From contig NW_021825209.1 of the NCBI RefSeq assembly GCF_006345805.1, forward strand, positions 1-16,232: a stretch of DNA of 16,232 nt. The letters run 5' to 3'. This document shows positions 1-9,139 of the stretch, in pieces. The notes under the pieces were generated by a model. It ran no database searches. It saw only the letters and a list, made by a program, of their open reading frames with translations, and was not told the DNA's origin. Made by a program: the position numbers and the translations under genes. The DNA comes from Octopus sinensis (Eukaryota). Position 1 is the first letter of the stretch. Every line of letters begins with the position of its first letter.

Positions 1-56
1 GTTCCGTTGATTCGGATCAACCGGAACCCTCGTCGTCGTAACCGACGGAGTGCTTC
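1..56 (+). mobile_element. 3' end of a SINE-like interspersed repeat, cut by the window edge
   Basis: GTTCCGTTGATTCGGATCAACCGGAACCCTCGTCGTCGTAACCGACGGAGTGC matches my recollection of the 3' tail of a common octopus SINE whose head resembles 6970-7150. There is no second copy in the window to confirm it. Confidence 0.5.
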
Positions 57-374
57 CATCCAGTGTGTGAATTAATGAAACACATCGCAGCCGTCTTCGT
101 CGTCGTCTTCCAAACCACAGACTTGGACAGACGAAATTAAAATGTCGTAAATAAATTACGTCCAGCACTGAACGGCTTCTCTTGTACCATTCAAGTTGAA
201 TACGCAACACCGCTCCATTCCACTTCGCCTCCCTTAAGTTTCCAAAAAAGAAAAAGAAAAAAAAACGGAAAGTCATTAAAGAAATGGAAATGTCAGATGT
301 AGTGACCTGTTTAAGATTTCGCAAAACAGTTCGGTCAGTAAGTTCAGAGAGAAATACAAAACACGCAGACACAC

Positions 375-539
375 AGAAACACACACATACACACACATAC
401 ATACACACACACGCACATATATACACACACACACACAGATACACTCTAATACGAAGCTGGACAGGTATAAAAGCGAAAAATATATGCATAGATACATACA
501 CATAAATATACATACATATATGTATATACATATTATATA

Positions 540-574
<35 letters not shown>

Positions 575-649
575 CTCAGTCTGTGTGTGTGTATATATAT
601 ATATATATAATTACATAGATACATATATATATATACATATATATATATA

Positions 650-699
<50 letters not shown>

Positions 700-715
700 G
701 TATCTATGTATATAT

Positions 716-757
<42 letters not shown>

Positions 758-764
758 GACTGAG

Positions 765-804
<40 letters not shown>

Positions 805-870
805 GTATCTATGTATATATATATAACACACACAGATTGAGTGTGAGTGAGAGAGAGAGCAGACAGAGAT
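375..870. repeat. Compound (CA)n/(TA)n/(GA)n microsatellite containing a fold-back palindrome
   Basis: Directly visible. Non-TA cores are mirrored as inverted repeats (571-593 vs 746-768; 612-625 vs 697-710). Confidence 0.95.
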
Positions 871-1247
871 ATTGATTAAAATATGTATGTATTTATTTTA
901 ATATATATGCCTCGAGTTGTTATTTTTAATTCAGTTACTCTACATAATACGATATATTAATATAAATTGCTCTCAAAACTTGTGTATGGAGTTTTTTGAG
1001 TAGATTATTTCTGAAAGTATTTCGTTTTATATTTAGAAATATCGATGTTGATCCTATGAAGAACATTTGTTCTCAGTCGCCAGAAATACTGTTCCCAAGT
1101 TTAGTCACCGCATCTCGTCGAATTCGCTACGATACTCAAGGATCCGACGCCACTGCGCTAAGAAGATTATTTCGCTGCAACAGACGAGCTAAAAGAAGGG
1201 GGCTGAAATACATGAGGATCCACTTACAAGAGGGAGCACGTGAAAGA

Positions 1248-1420
1248 TGTGCTAGGATTGTCAGTGTGGTTGACAAGCTTTCTTCCGAACCAAATGATTC
1301 CCAGTTCAGTCCTACTGATCCGCACCTTTGGCAAGTTACTCCTAATATCCCCCGCACCGAACTAAATCTTGCGAGTAGATTTGGTAAAAGGAAACTTAAA
1401 GAAATCCATTGTATATATAC
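1248..1420 (+). mobile_element. Old tRNA-derived SINE (family A), head plus CORE-like segment
   Basis: Aligns to the reverse complement of the SINE at 10020-10171. B-box-like CAGTTCAGTCC and CORE-like GCACCTTTGGCAAGT are present. 1357-1419 matches about 50 of 64 columns by hand alignment. Confidence 0.85.
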
Positions 1421-1429
1421 ACTCGCGCG

Positions 1430-1952
1430 CACAAAACCTGGGTAGAGGTTTACTACAAGCACGCCTCTACCCAGGGAATCTATACAGTTTCTCGAAAGAG
1501 TCCAGAAGCTGGCTACCCGCATGGTTCCTTGTCTCAAGCATTTATCTTATGAAGAAAGGCTGAAGACGCTCGACCTTTATTCTCTAGGAAACCGACGACG
1601 CCGTGGTGATCTCATTCTTGCTCACAACATCATAAGCGGAAAGTGTAACCTCTCGAAAGAGCTGTTCTTCACTCCTGCTCCAGAGCGTCGGCTGCGGGGT
1701 CACTCCGAAAAGCTCTATCTGCGACGAATTCATCTCAATCGAAGGAGAGGGGCTTTCTCCGTACGGGTTGCGGATCCGTGGGACAAGCTGCCGGACGAGA
1801 TAGTGAAGATGCCGACGACCGCTCGGTTCAAAGTCTCCCTTGACCACAAGTGGCCTGAACTCTTTACATGAACACCACCCTGTACATAACTCCATGTCCC
1901 CCTACATGGCCTTGCTTTTTGCTTTTTGAGCCAAAAAAATTAACTAACTAAT
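1430..1952 (+). mobile_element. 5'-truncated CR1/L2-type LINE: C-terminal end of ORF2, 3' UTR and tail
   Basis: The frame of ORF 1521-1871 extended upstream reads LERVQKLATRMVPCLKHLSYEERLKTLDLYSLGNRRRRGDLILAHNII...RLRGHSEKL...FSVRVADPWDKLPDEIV...FKVSLDHKW, the typical post-RT C-terminus of CR1/L2 ORF2. Stop ends at 1871, followed by a 3' hairpin CCATGT-ccccct-ACATGG (1892-1909) and a (TAAC)n tail (1941-1951). The 5' boundary is approximate. Confidence 0.9.
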
Positions 1953-2216
1953 TTACCAGCGCAAGAACACAATTTAATGTAAGAATTACCACTTTTGTTT
2001 ACATTACAATCACATATGAATCAATTACTTTGGCATCCTAACCGATGCATCTATCTATATTCGCATTCTGAAGAGATTTACTTAAACCAGTAAATCGAAA
2101 CGATCGTAAATACTCCCTTCATCTCTGCTTCTTCCTTCTTTGTTTTCTAATTTATTAAAGGCATACCAGCGAAAACCACCTGTTTCCCAATGCTATTATA
2201 TCCATTTTATCCTCAT

Positions 2217-2240
2217 ATATATATATTATATATATATATA

Positions 2241-2278
<38 letters not shown>

Positions 2279-2301
2279 GAGAGAGGAGAGAGAGAGGATA
2301 G

Positions 2302-2354
<53 letters not shown>

Positions 2355-2406
2355 GATGGATGGATAGATATATAGATAGACAGAGAGAGAGAGAGAGAGA
2401 TAGACT

Positions 2407-2489
<83 letters not shown>

Positions 2490-2530
2490 GGATGGATGGA
2501 TGGATGGATGGATGGATGGATGGATGGATG

Positions 2531-2585
<55 letters not shown>

Positions 2586-2642
2586 GGATGGATGGATGGA
2601 TGGATGGATGGATGGATGGATGGATGGATGGATGGATGGATG

Positions 2643-2677
<35 letters not shown>

Positions 2678-2736
2678 TGATAGATAGATAGATAGATTGA
2701 TGATGATGGATGGATGTGAGGATGGATGGATAGATC

Positions 2737-2820
<84 letters not shown>
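2217..2820. repeat. Compound microsatellite (TA)n-(GA)n-(GATA)n/(GACA)n/(GGAT)n
   Basis: Directly visible alternating tetranucleotide blocks. Confidence 0.98.
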
Positions 2821-2822
<2 letters not shown>

Positions 2823-2844
2823 ATACGTCTCCTTAAGTTGGCGG

Positions 2845-2984
2845 TTTCAGTTACCGTTTACCAAATCCACTTAAGAGGCTGTGGTCGATCCAGGTGTATA
2901 TTTGGAGACACTTGCCCAAGATTTCACACATTGAGATTGATCTCAGATGTATGAGGTTGATAAGCAAACTTCTTACCACATAGC
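2845..2984 (-). mobile_element. Degenerate SINE family A head
   Basis: TTTCAGTTACCGTTTACCAAATCCAC...GACACTTGCCCAAG...CTTCTTACCACATAGC is collinear with 10031-10171. Confidence 0.8.
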
Positions 2985-3009
2985 TTCGCCTGACACAACT
3001 CACTCACAC

Positions 3010-3395
3010 CCACACTCTCTCTCTCTCACATACAGACGCACACACATACATAGATATAGGTATATATATATACATATATATATATACACCTACATACAGA
3101 CACACACACAAACACATCGATCAACAGACATTCACACCCATGCATAGACGCACATACATTTATCTACCTTTATGCATGCACATAGGTATATCTTTGTGCA
3201 CTCCACCATATCAAGACACAAACATACAGACGTGTTTATGTATATATACATACATACATACATATATATATATATCGAGAGAGAGAGAGAGAGAAAGAGG
3301 GGGAAGGGAGAGAGAGATGGGGAGATAGAAAATGAGAGGGGAAGGGGGAGAAAGAGAAAGAGAGTGAGACAGATTTACATATATGTACATATACA
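3010..3395. repeat. (CA)/(TA)/(GA) low-complexity tract
   Basis: Directly visible. Confidence 0.9.
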
Positions 3396-3939
3396 CTCAT
3401 CAATAGTGTTTAAATCCGCTCAAGGTTAAATTTGTTGAATGTACGACAGGCTTTCTTGGATCGTCTTCCTTGCAAGAAGCACATCTGTTCTCAAGCCAAA
3501 CGCTTCATTATTTCCTCTCAGACAATTGTAACAAACACCTGGGATTATATTTGTGCGCACACAGACTTCATCTTCACATTTCAAATCCAATTCAAAATGG
3601 AAGAGTTATCAAATAACGCCAACGTTCTGTCACGTTGTCAATAACGAGATCTAGTGGCGTGTGAGCTTATAAGATTCCAATCCCTTCGACGATACTCTAC
3701 AGTTTAAACATTGTACATTGTTATTCTAATTAATTCAATAAAATTTCATTATTAGATTTGACAGAATTTGCCGAGAACTAAGTGGCGAGTTGGATATTAT
3801 TTGACATGGTTTACGCTCCATTCGTATTATTTAAGTCAAAACTTCCCTTTGTAAATTAACGTTGTGATTTTCTGGGCATATAAACGTTATGTATAAGTTT
3901 TGGGCATATATACCTATATATCTATGTCTCTGTATATGC

Positions 3940-4086
3940 TTCTGTAAGCGTATATGTATATGTATGTGTGGGGTGTAGCTTTTATGTGCGCATGCGTATG
4001 CGAGTATATGCGTATATATATGTTATGTGTGCATCGGTATGTATATATGTATATATACATACATATAATATATATATAATATATAG

Positions 4087-4122
<36 letters not shown>

Positions 4123-4168
4123 GTGTGTGGTGTGTGTGTTATGTGTGTATGTTGTGTGTGTGTGTATG
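3940..4168. repeat. (TA)/(TG) low-complexity tract
   Basis: Directly visible. Confidence 0.9.
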
Positions 4169-4609
4169 CTTTTATTCGTTTCTGTCATTTGACTGCGGCC
4201 ATGCTGGAGCATCGCATTTAGTCGAACAAATCGACCCCAGGGCTTATATATTGTAAGCCTAGTATTTATTATTTCAGTTACTTTTGCCGAACCGCTAAGT
4301 TACGGGGACATAAACACACCAGCATCGGTTTTTCAAGCGATGTTGGGGGGACAAACACAAACACACAAACATATATATATATATATGGCGGTGCCCCACC
4401 ATGGCCACAGCTCATTAGCTGAAACTGGAAAAATCAAAAATCAAAATCAAAATCAAATATATATATGTATATATATATACGACGGACTTCTTTCAATTTC
4501 CGTCTCCCAAATCCATAGGCTATAGTAGAAGACACATGGCCACGGTGCCACGCAGCAGGACTGAACCCGGAACCATGTACTTGGTAAGCAAGCTACTTAC
4601 TCCTGCGCC
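4169..4609 (-). mobile_element. Near full-length SINE family A with small internal deletions
   Basis: Minus strand starts GGCGCAGGAGT and has B-box-like GGGTTCAGTCC, a CORE-like segment, an internal TA/GT tract, then CGGTTCGGCAAAAG...GGGGTCGATTTG...CCAGCATGGCCGCAGTCAAATGAC. Collinear with 9800-10171. Confidence 0.9.
4387..4457 (+). mobile_element. Isolated 3' tail of a family-A-related SINE with an (AAATC)-type tail, nested antisense inside the previous SINE
   Basis: GGCGGTGCCCCACCATGGCCACAGCTCATTAGCTGAAAC resembles the reverse complement of 4178-4215 and is flanked by TA runs. Confidence 0.7.
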
Positions 4610-4624
4610 GATATATATATATAT

Positions 4625-4900
4625 ATTAAAAAGTGAAGAAACAGACAGGAAGAAAACAATGTAAGGACGTACCACATGCAAAGTATTAATAAGACACTCA
4701 AAGACAGAAAAGAGTGGTCGTTTTACGTTTCGAGCATAGCTCTTCTTCAGAATCAGGAAACATAGGAAAGTCCAAAGGAAAAGGGATAAGGAGGGCTAAA
4801 AATCATCACCAGTCCACTTGTAGTTACATTTTCTGAATGACCCGAAGTAGGACAAAGAGAAGGTGTTTTCTGAGACAAGAGAGTGTGAAGAATGGTTGAT
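4625..4900 (-). mobile_element. Probable Penelope-like (pseudo-LTR) relic carrying a hammerhead-like motif
   Basis: Minus strand 4750-4717 reads CTGAAGA-A-GAGC-tat-GCTC-GAAA-CGT-aaa-ACG-AC. Such minimal hammerheads are characteristic of Penelope-like element termini. Element boundaries are a guess. Confidence 0.5.
4717..4750 (-). ncRNA. Degenerate type I hammerhead ribozyme motif, probably inactive
   Basis: Intact CUGANGA and GAAA boxes, 4-bp stem II and 3-bp stem III. U16.1 is replaced by A and no stem I can be formed. Confidence 0.55.
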
Positions 4901-5342
4901 ATCTGTGTGTATGTGGTGGCATGTGTGTATGTGTGTATGTGGCGGCATGTGTGTGTATATGTATGATAGTGTGCGTGAGTATGGTAGTGTGTCTCTGTGT
5001 GTGTGGCAGTAACTGAGTGTTGTGTGCGCGTCGTAGGGTGTGTACGTGTGGTGATATCTATGTGCGTGTGTGTTTATTTCTGCATGTGTGTGAATACTTC
5101 TTTCTGTGATTGCAGCCATGCTTATATATATATATATCTATATGTGTGTCTATTTTTGTATGTGCATGTATATATAAGTATATGAATACGCATGTGAGTC
5201 TGCGCGTTCATATATCTTTCATGTATATTTCATGTGTATATCTATGTGCGTGTAAGAGTGTGTGAGTGTGTGTCAGGGTGTGACTGCGTGTGTGAGTGTG
5301 CGTGTGTGTATGTGTTTGTGTGCGCGTGTGTGTATGCCTGCA
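4900..5342. repeat. Degenerate (GT)/(GTAT) low-complexity tract
   Basis: Directly visible. Confidence 0.85.
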
Positions 5343-5542
5343 TACAGGGTATCCGATCGAAATTTGACAATTTTCTATGCATTCGTTTCCAAGGACAACT
5401 TGAGATATTGTTGAACAGTCCATGGCGTTGCGAGGTACAAAGATTAAATTTGCAGTTGAGAAAAAGTCAAATGACATGGACGGATAGAAACCTACTGAAA
5501 AGTTGAAAATAGTTCCTTTTCTCATAATCAAGGGAAAAGAGG

Positions 5543-5721
5543 AGATTCCGAAATCGTCTGGAGGCCATGGTTGAAAGTAATGGCGATTTTATTGAATAAA
5601 TTTACTCTTTCGTATTTCAACGTATTTTTATGTAATTTTGGTAAATATATCTGTTAAATGAGATGTCAGTGTTATTTTCATTTTTGCCTAGTTTAGACGA
5701 CAGTTCATCCACCGCATCCTG
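5543..5721 (+). mobile_element. 3' end of a Tc1/mariner-superfamily transposon (last transposase codons plus right terminus)
   Basis: 5543-5599 translates RFRNRLEAMVESNGDFIE*, a typical Tc1/mariner C-terminus. The terminus ...CAGTTCATCCACCGCATCCTG runs into a TG/TA tract. A possible left end TA-CAGGGT lies at 5343-5350 but matches the right end poorly. Confidence 0.7.
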
Positions 5722-5722
5722 T

Positions 5723-5734
5723 GTATATGTATAT

Positions 5735-5791
<57 letters not shown>

Positions 5792-5909
5792 TATATATAA
5801 TATATATATATATATATACATATATATATGTACATATATATATATGTACATATATATATACATATATAATATATATATATGTATATATATATACATATAA
5901 ATGTCTATA

Positions 5910-5956
<47 letters not shown>

Positions 5957-5972
5957 TGTATGTATGTATATT
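5723..5972. repeat. Long (TA)n tract flanked by an 11-bp direct repeat
   Basis: CCGCATCCTGT at 5712-5722 and 5973-5983. Confidence 0.9.
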
Positions 5973-6014
5973 CCGCATCCTGTATATAGATTTTTTCTTG
6001 AATAATAACGTACT

Positions 6015-6325
6015 CATATATATATATGGAGGCTGTTGTAGATGTGTGTGTGCATGTATATTTGTGTAAGTGTATGCGTGTATATGTGAGGATATGCTAC
6101 TAAATGTATTTAGCTTTGCATACGTTCGTGTGTGCATGCATTTGTGTGTATATGGTTACGAGTATACATGCTTGTTTGTGTTAAAGTATGTTTCATCTGT
6201 GCGTGTATGCGTGTGTATGAGAGAGACACAAAGAGAGTGGGAGAGAGAAAGAGAGACAGAGAGAAAAAGACAGATAGAGACACAGAGACACACACAGAAT
6301 ACGCATGCACGCGTGCATACGCGTA
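6015..6325. repeat. (TG)/(TA)/(GA)/(CA) low-complexity tract
   Basis: Directly visible. Confidence 0.8.
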
Positions 6326-6957
6326 ACATCGTTCTGCAAACCGTCACACTTCATTTACATAATTAGTGATATGCGATTTGTGAAGCATCATTCCGATTAC
6401 ATTCAGAATCGGAAAATCGAGACATTTTGTCCCACATTCACCTTCGCCCCGCTCTGTATCAACAAGATATAGATATACAAGGATTTCAGTCCGTTAATCA
6501 ATAACTGTTAGTGCAGCGCTAAAGGCAACCTTCGCAATTGCATTAGATGACACATACCCTCATATCTAATTCATAATGAGCATTCCAAAAGTAGTAAATA
6601 TCTCACAAAACTCACCTGCCTCCGACTTTTAGATCCAAACTATTTAGCAATCCTGATTTGTACAGGTGGTGTTCAAAAGTGCTTAGTATACTTCCAGAAG
6701 CTAGTGAAACTCAGCGAAGAGGAGCACATGCTCGAATTCTTAAAGACAATTTTCCTGAGCGTCACCTAAAGCACGATGTTTATTTTTTACCTCATCATCG
6801 TATTTTCTTCTTATTTTTATACAAAATATTATTCTGGAGCAATTTGCACGTCCATTCCGTATATACATTGGTTTCTAATTTATGGACAAGTAACGTTGAT
6901 AGGAGTGGGTAAATCACTACCATCGGCTTTACTATTTATCTGCTATGATGATCCTTA

Positions 6958-7490
6958 AAAGCATGATGTGGACGCGCAATGGCCCAGTAGTTAGGGCAGT
7001 GGACTAGCAGTCGGAGGATCGCGGTTTCAATTCTCAGACCGGGCGTTGTGTGTGTTTATTGAGCGAAAACACCTAAAGCTCCACGATGCTCCGGCAGGGG
7101 GGTGGCGACCCCTGTTGTACTCTTTCGCCCCAACTTTCTCTCACTCTTTCATCCTTAAAAGCATGATGTAGGTAAAATGGCCCAGTAGTCAGGGCAGCGG
7201 ACTAGCGGTCGGAGGATCGCAGTTTCAATTCCCAGACCGGGCGTTGTGTGTGTTAATTGAGCGAAAACACCTAAAGCTCCACGATGCTCGGGCACGGGGT
7301 GATGGCGACCCCTGCTGTACTCTTTCGCCCCAACTTTCTCTCACTCTTTCTTCCTGTTTCTTGAGTAACACTGTGATGGACTGGCGTCCCGTCCAGCTGG
7401 GAGGAACACCTACGCCATAGAAATCGGAAAACGGGGCCCATGAGCCTGGCTAGGCTTGAAAAGGGCGCATAAATAAATAATAAATTTTAT
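6958..7490 (+). mobile_element. tRNA-derived SINE (family C) with a tandemly duplicated 5' half and a 10-bp TSD
   Basis: A-box-like TGGCCCAGTAGTTAG and B-box-like GGTTTCAATTC in each copy. 200-bp tandem units at 6951-7150 and 7151-7350. Central motif GATGGACTGGCGTCCCGTCCAG resembles conserved V/Meta-type SINE domains (assignment unverified). (TAAA)n tail at 7470-7484. Direct repeat ATGATCCTTA at 6948-6957 and 7491-7500. Confidence 0.88.
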
Positions 7491-7509
7491 ATGATCCTTA
7501 GTGGGAGGG

Positions 7510-7615
7510 GTTAACGCAAAAGTTGACGCCCGTAGGGCATGAACTCAGACCGAAAGAGTTGAAAACAATACCGCAAATTACTTTCCATAAAGTTAGCAAT
7601 TCTTCCAGCTCGCAG
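7510..7615 (-). mobile_element. Highly degenerate SINE family B fragment
   Basis: GAACTCAGA...AATACCGC...TTAGCAATTCTTCCAGCTCGC is collinear with the head region of 9070-9139. Confidence 0.55.
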
Positions 7616-7754
7616 CCCTGAATCTGTATATATCAATACTTAAGAGAAATACAAGTTTATGAAATCTCGGCATTTTGAAAAACATCCTGAAAACATACGT
7701 TGACTATTTTCAGCTGATCAGGATGTGTGTACTGATTCACTCAGCAGTTTGACT

Positions 7755-7813
7755 CTCTCTCTCTCTCTCACTCTCTCTCACTCTCTCTCACTCTCTCTCT
7801 CTCTATCTATCTC

Positions 7814-7854
<41 letters not shown>

Positions 7855-8125
7855 GTGTCTGTCTCTAACTACCTATCTCTCTGTTTTCTCTCTTTTTCTC
7901 CCCCACTCTCTTTATCTGCCTTTCTACCTATTTATCTAATCAGCTATCTTTCTATCTGTCTATCTATTTATCTCTCTATTTATCTATCTATCATTCTATG
8001 TATGTATGTATGTATGTATATTCTGCATCGTGTATATATATATTTTTTCATGAATATCAACGTTGTCATATATATATATGTATTTATCTATGTACGTCTT
8101 TAAGTATGTATATACATATACACGT

Positions 8126-8194
<69 letters not shown>

Positions 8195-8215
8195 TAAGTA
8201 TCTATCTATCTCTTT
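7755..8215. repeat. Compound (CT)n/(CTAT)n/(GTAT)n/(TA)n microsatellite
   Basis: Directly visible. Confidence 0.95.
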
Positions 8216-8569
8216 CTCTTGTTAGTAGGTAACAGAAAGAAGTCAGACAACCTGTAGCATTCCATTTGAAAAGTTAAACCTCTAAGCAAAATTTCAGCTG
8301 CCGAGGTGTAAATCTGTAGCCTACAGCTTGAAACAGACAGACAGGCCAGCAGGTAGGCAGGCAGGCAGACACATCCATAACATTCTATGAATATGTTTCG
8401 AGCTTTACAACCGAGTTGATGCCAAATATAGAAAGGATTACGAGTGCAGAAAATGCGAAAAAAAAAACAAATTAAACATTACACATGTTTCTAAACAATC
8501 TTTTGGCTAAGCAAGACGACTTTATACGCATTCACCAATAAAATGTCTTGTTGTATAATTCAATTAAAA

Positions 8570-8745
8570 TGCAGTGAGCGAGTGGAATCGTCAGGGCGTC
8601 GAACAAAATGCTTTGCGGCAATTCGTCCTGTTCTTTAAATACTGATTTCAGATCATACCGAGGTTGAATGTGGCTTTCTTTCCCATGGACTCAATGAAAT
8701 AAAATACCAGAAAATAGGTGAAATCGATGTAATCCATTAATCCCT
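8570..8745 (+). mobile_element. Degenerate SINE family B
   Basis: GCAGTGAGC...AAATGCTTTGCGGCAATTCGTC...ACCGAGGTTGAATGTGGCTTTC...TCGATGTAATC is collinear with the reverse complement of 8980-9139. Confidence 0.65.
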
Positions 8746-8768
8746 TCTTTCTAAAATCGATTCAATTA

Positions 8769-8850
8769 CACTAATCCCTCGACTATCGCGGGTGTTACGT
8801 TCCAGAACCCCCCGCGATAGGGGAAAATCTGCAAAGTAGAAACAGTATTG
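8769..8850 (+). mobile_element. Left end of a Tigger/pogo-like DNA transposon or MITE
   Basis: TA followed by CACTAATCCCTCG, with a subterminal 10-bp inverted repeat CTATCGCGGG (8783-8792)/CCCGCGATAG (8811-8820), an arrangement typical of Tigger-type ends. No right end was found. Confidence 0.65.
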
Positions 8851-8920
8851 TATATTTATTTTTGTTGTGTCTGAGGAGAGTCATTTTCTTTTTGTGCCTT
8901 ATAATGTAACACACTCTATT

Positions 8921-9139
8921 TCTTTATTACACCCACAAGGGGCTAAACATAGAGGGGACAAACAAGGACAGACAAACGGATTAAGTCGATTATATCGACC
9001 CCAGTGCATAACTGGTACTTATTTAATCGACCCCGAAAGGATGAAAGGTTAAGTCGACCTCGGCGGAATTTGAACTCAGAACGTAACGGCAGACGAAATA
9101 CGGCTACGCATTTCGCCCGGCATGCTAACGTTTCTGCCA
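8921..9139 (-). mobile_element. tRNA-derived SINE family B with a Deu/Nin-like central domain
   Basis: Minus strand reads TGGCAGAAACGTTAGC (A box), GAGTTCAAATTCC (B box), then GCCGAGGTCGAC..CCTTTCATCCTTTCGGGGTCGAT..AAGTACCAG, which resembles the Deu/Nin SINE domain. Confidence 0.88.

Noticed and set aside
280-345. Possible first exon with a GTAAGT donor at ~338
   Set aside because: A single 6-mer with no supporting promoter or downstream exon evidence.
996-1445. 149-aa ORF in the same frame as the LINE C-terminal ORF, initially tempting as an upstream part of ORF2 (an off-frame IRTFGKL-like stretch near 1317-1337)
   Set aside because: 1248-1420 aligns at the nucleotide level to the SINE at 10020-10171, so the protein resemblance is coincidental. 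996-1245 shows no recognisable motif.
3420-3660. Unique-looking stretch with faint reverse-transcriptase-like peptide on the minus strand (VFVTIV*EEIMKRL)
   Set aside because: Too short and interrupted to support. Needs tBLASTx or HMM confirmation.
6391-6414. 8-bp inverted repeat TTCCGATT/AATCGGAA
   Set aside because: Isolated short inverted repeats of this size are expected by chance in 16 kb.
6617-6765. Candidate minus-strand exon (CTTTAG acceptor, CAG|GTGAGT donor), plus overlapping plus-strand ORF 6658-6912
   Set aside because: All three minus-strand frames contain stops and no plus-strand translation matches a family I recognise. A non-coding exon cannot be excluded without RNA-seq.
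6951-7350. A/B-box heads considered as real tRNA genes, and tandem units considered as a CRISPR-like array
   Set aside because: No cloverleaf can be formed and the heads continue into SINE body and tail. There is no repeat-spacer architecture and the context is eukaryotic.
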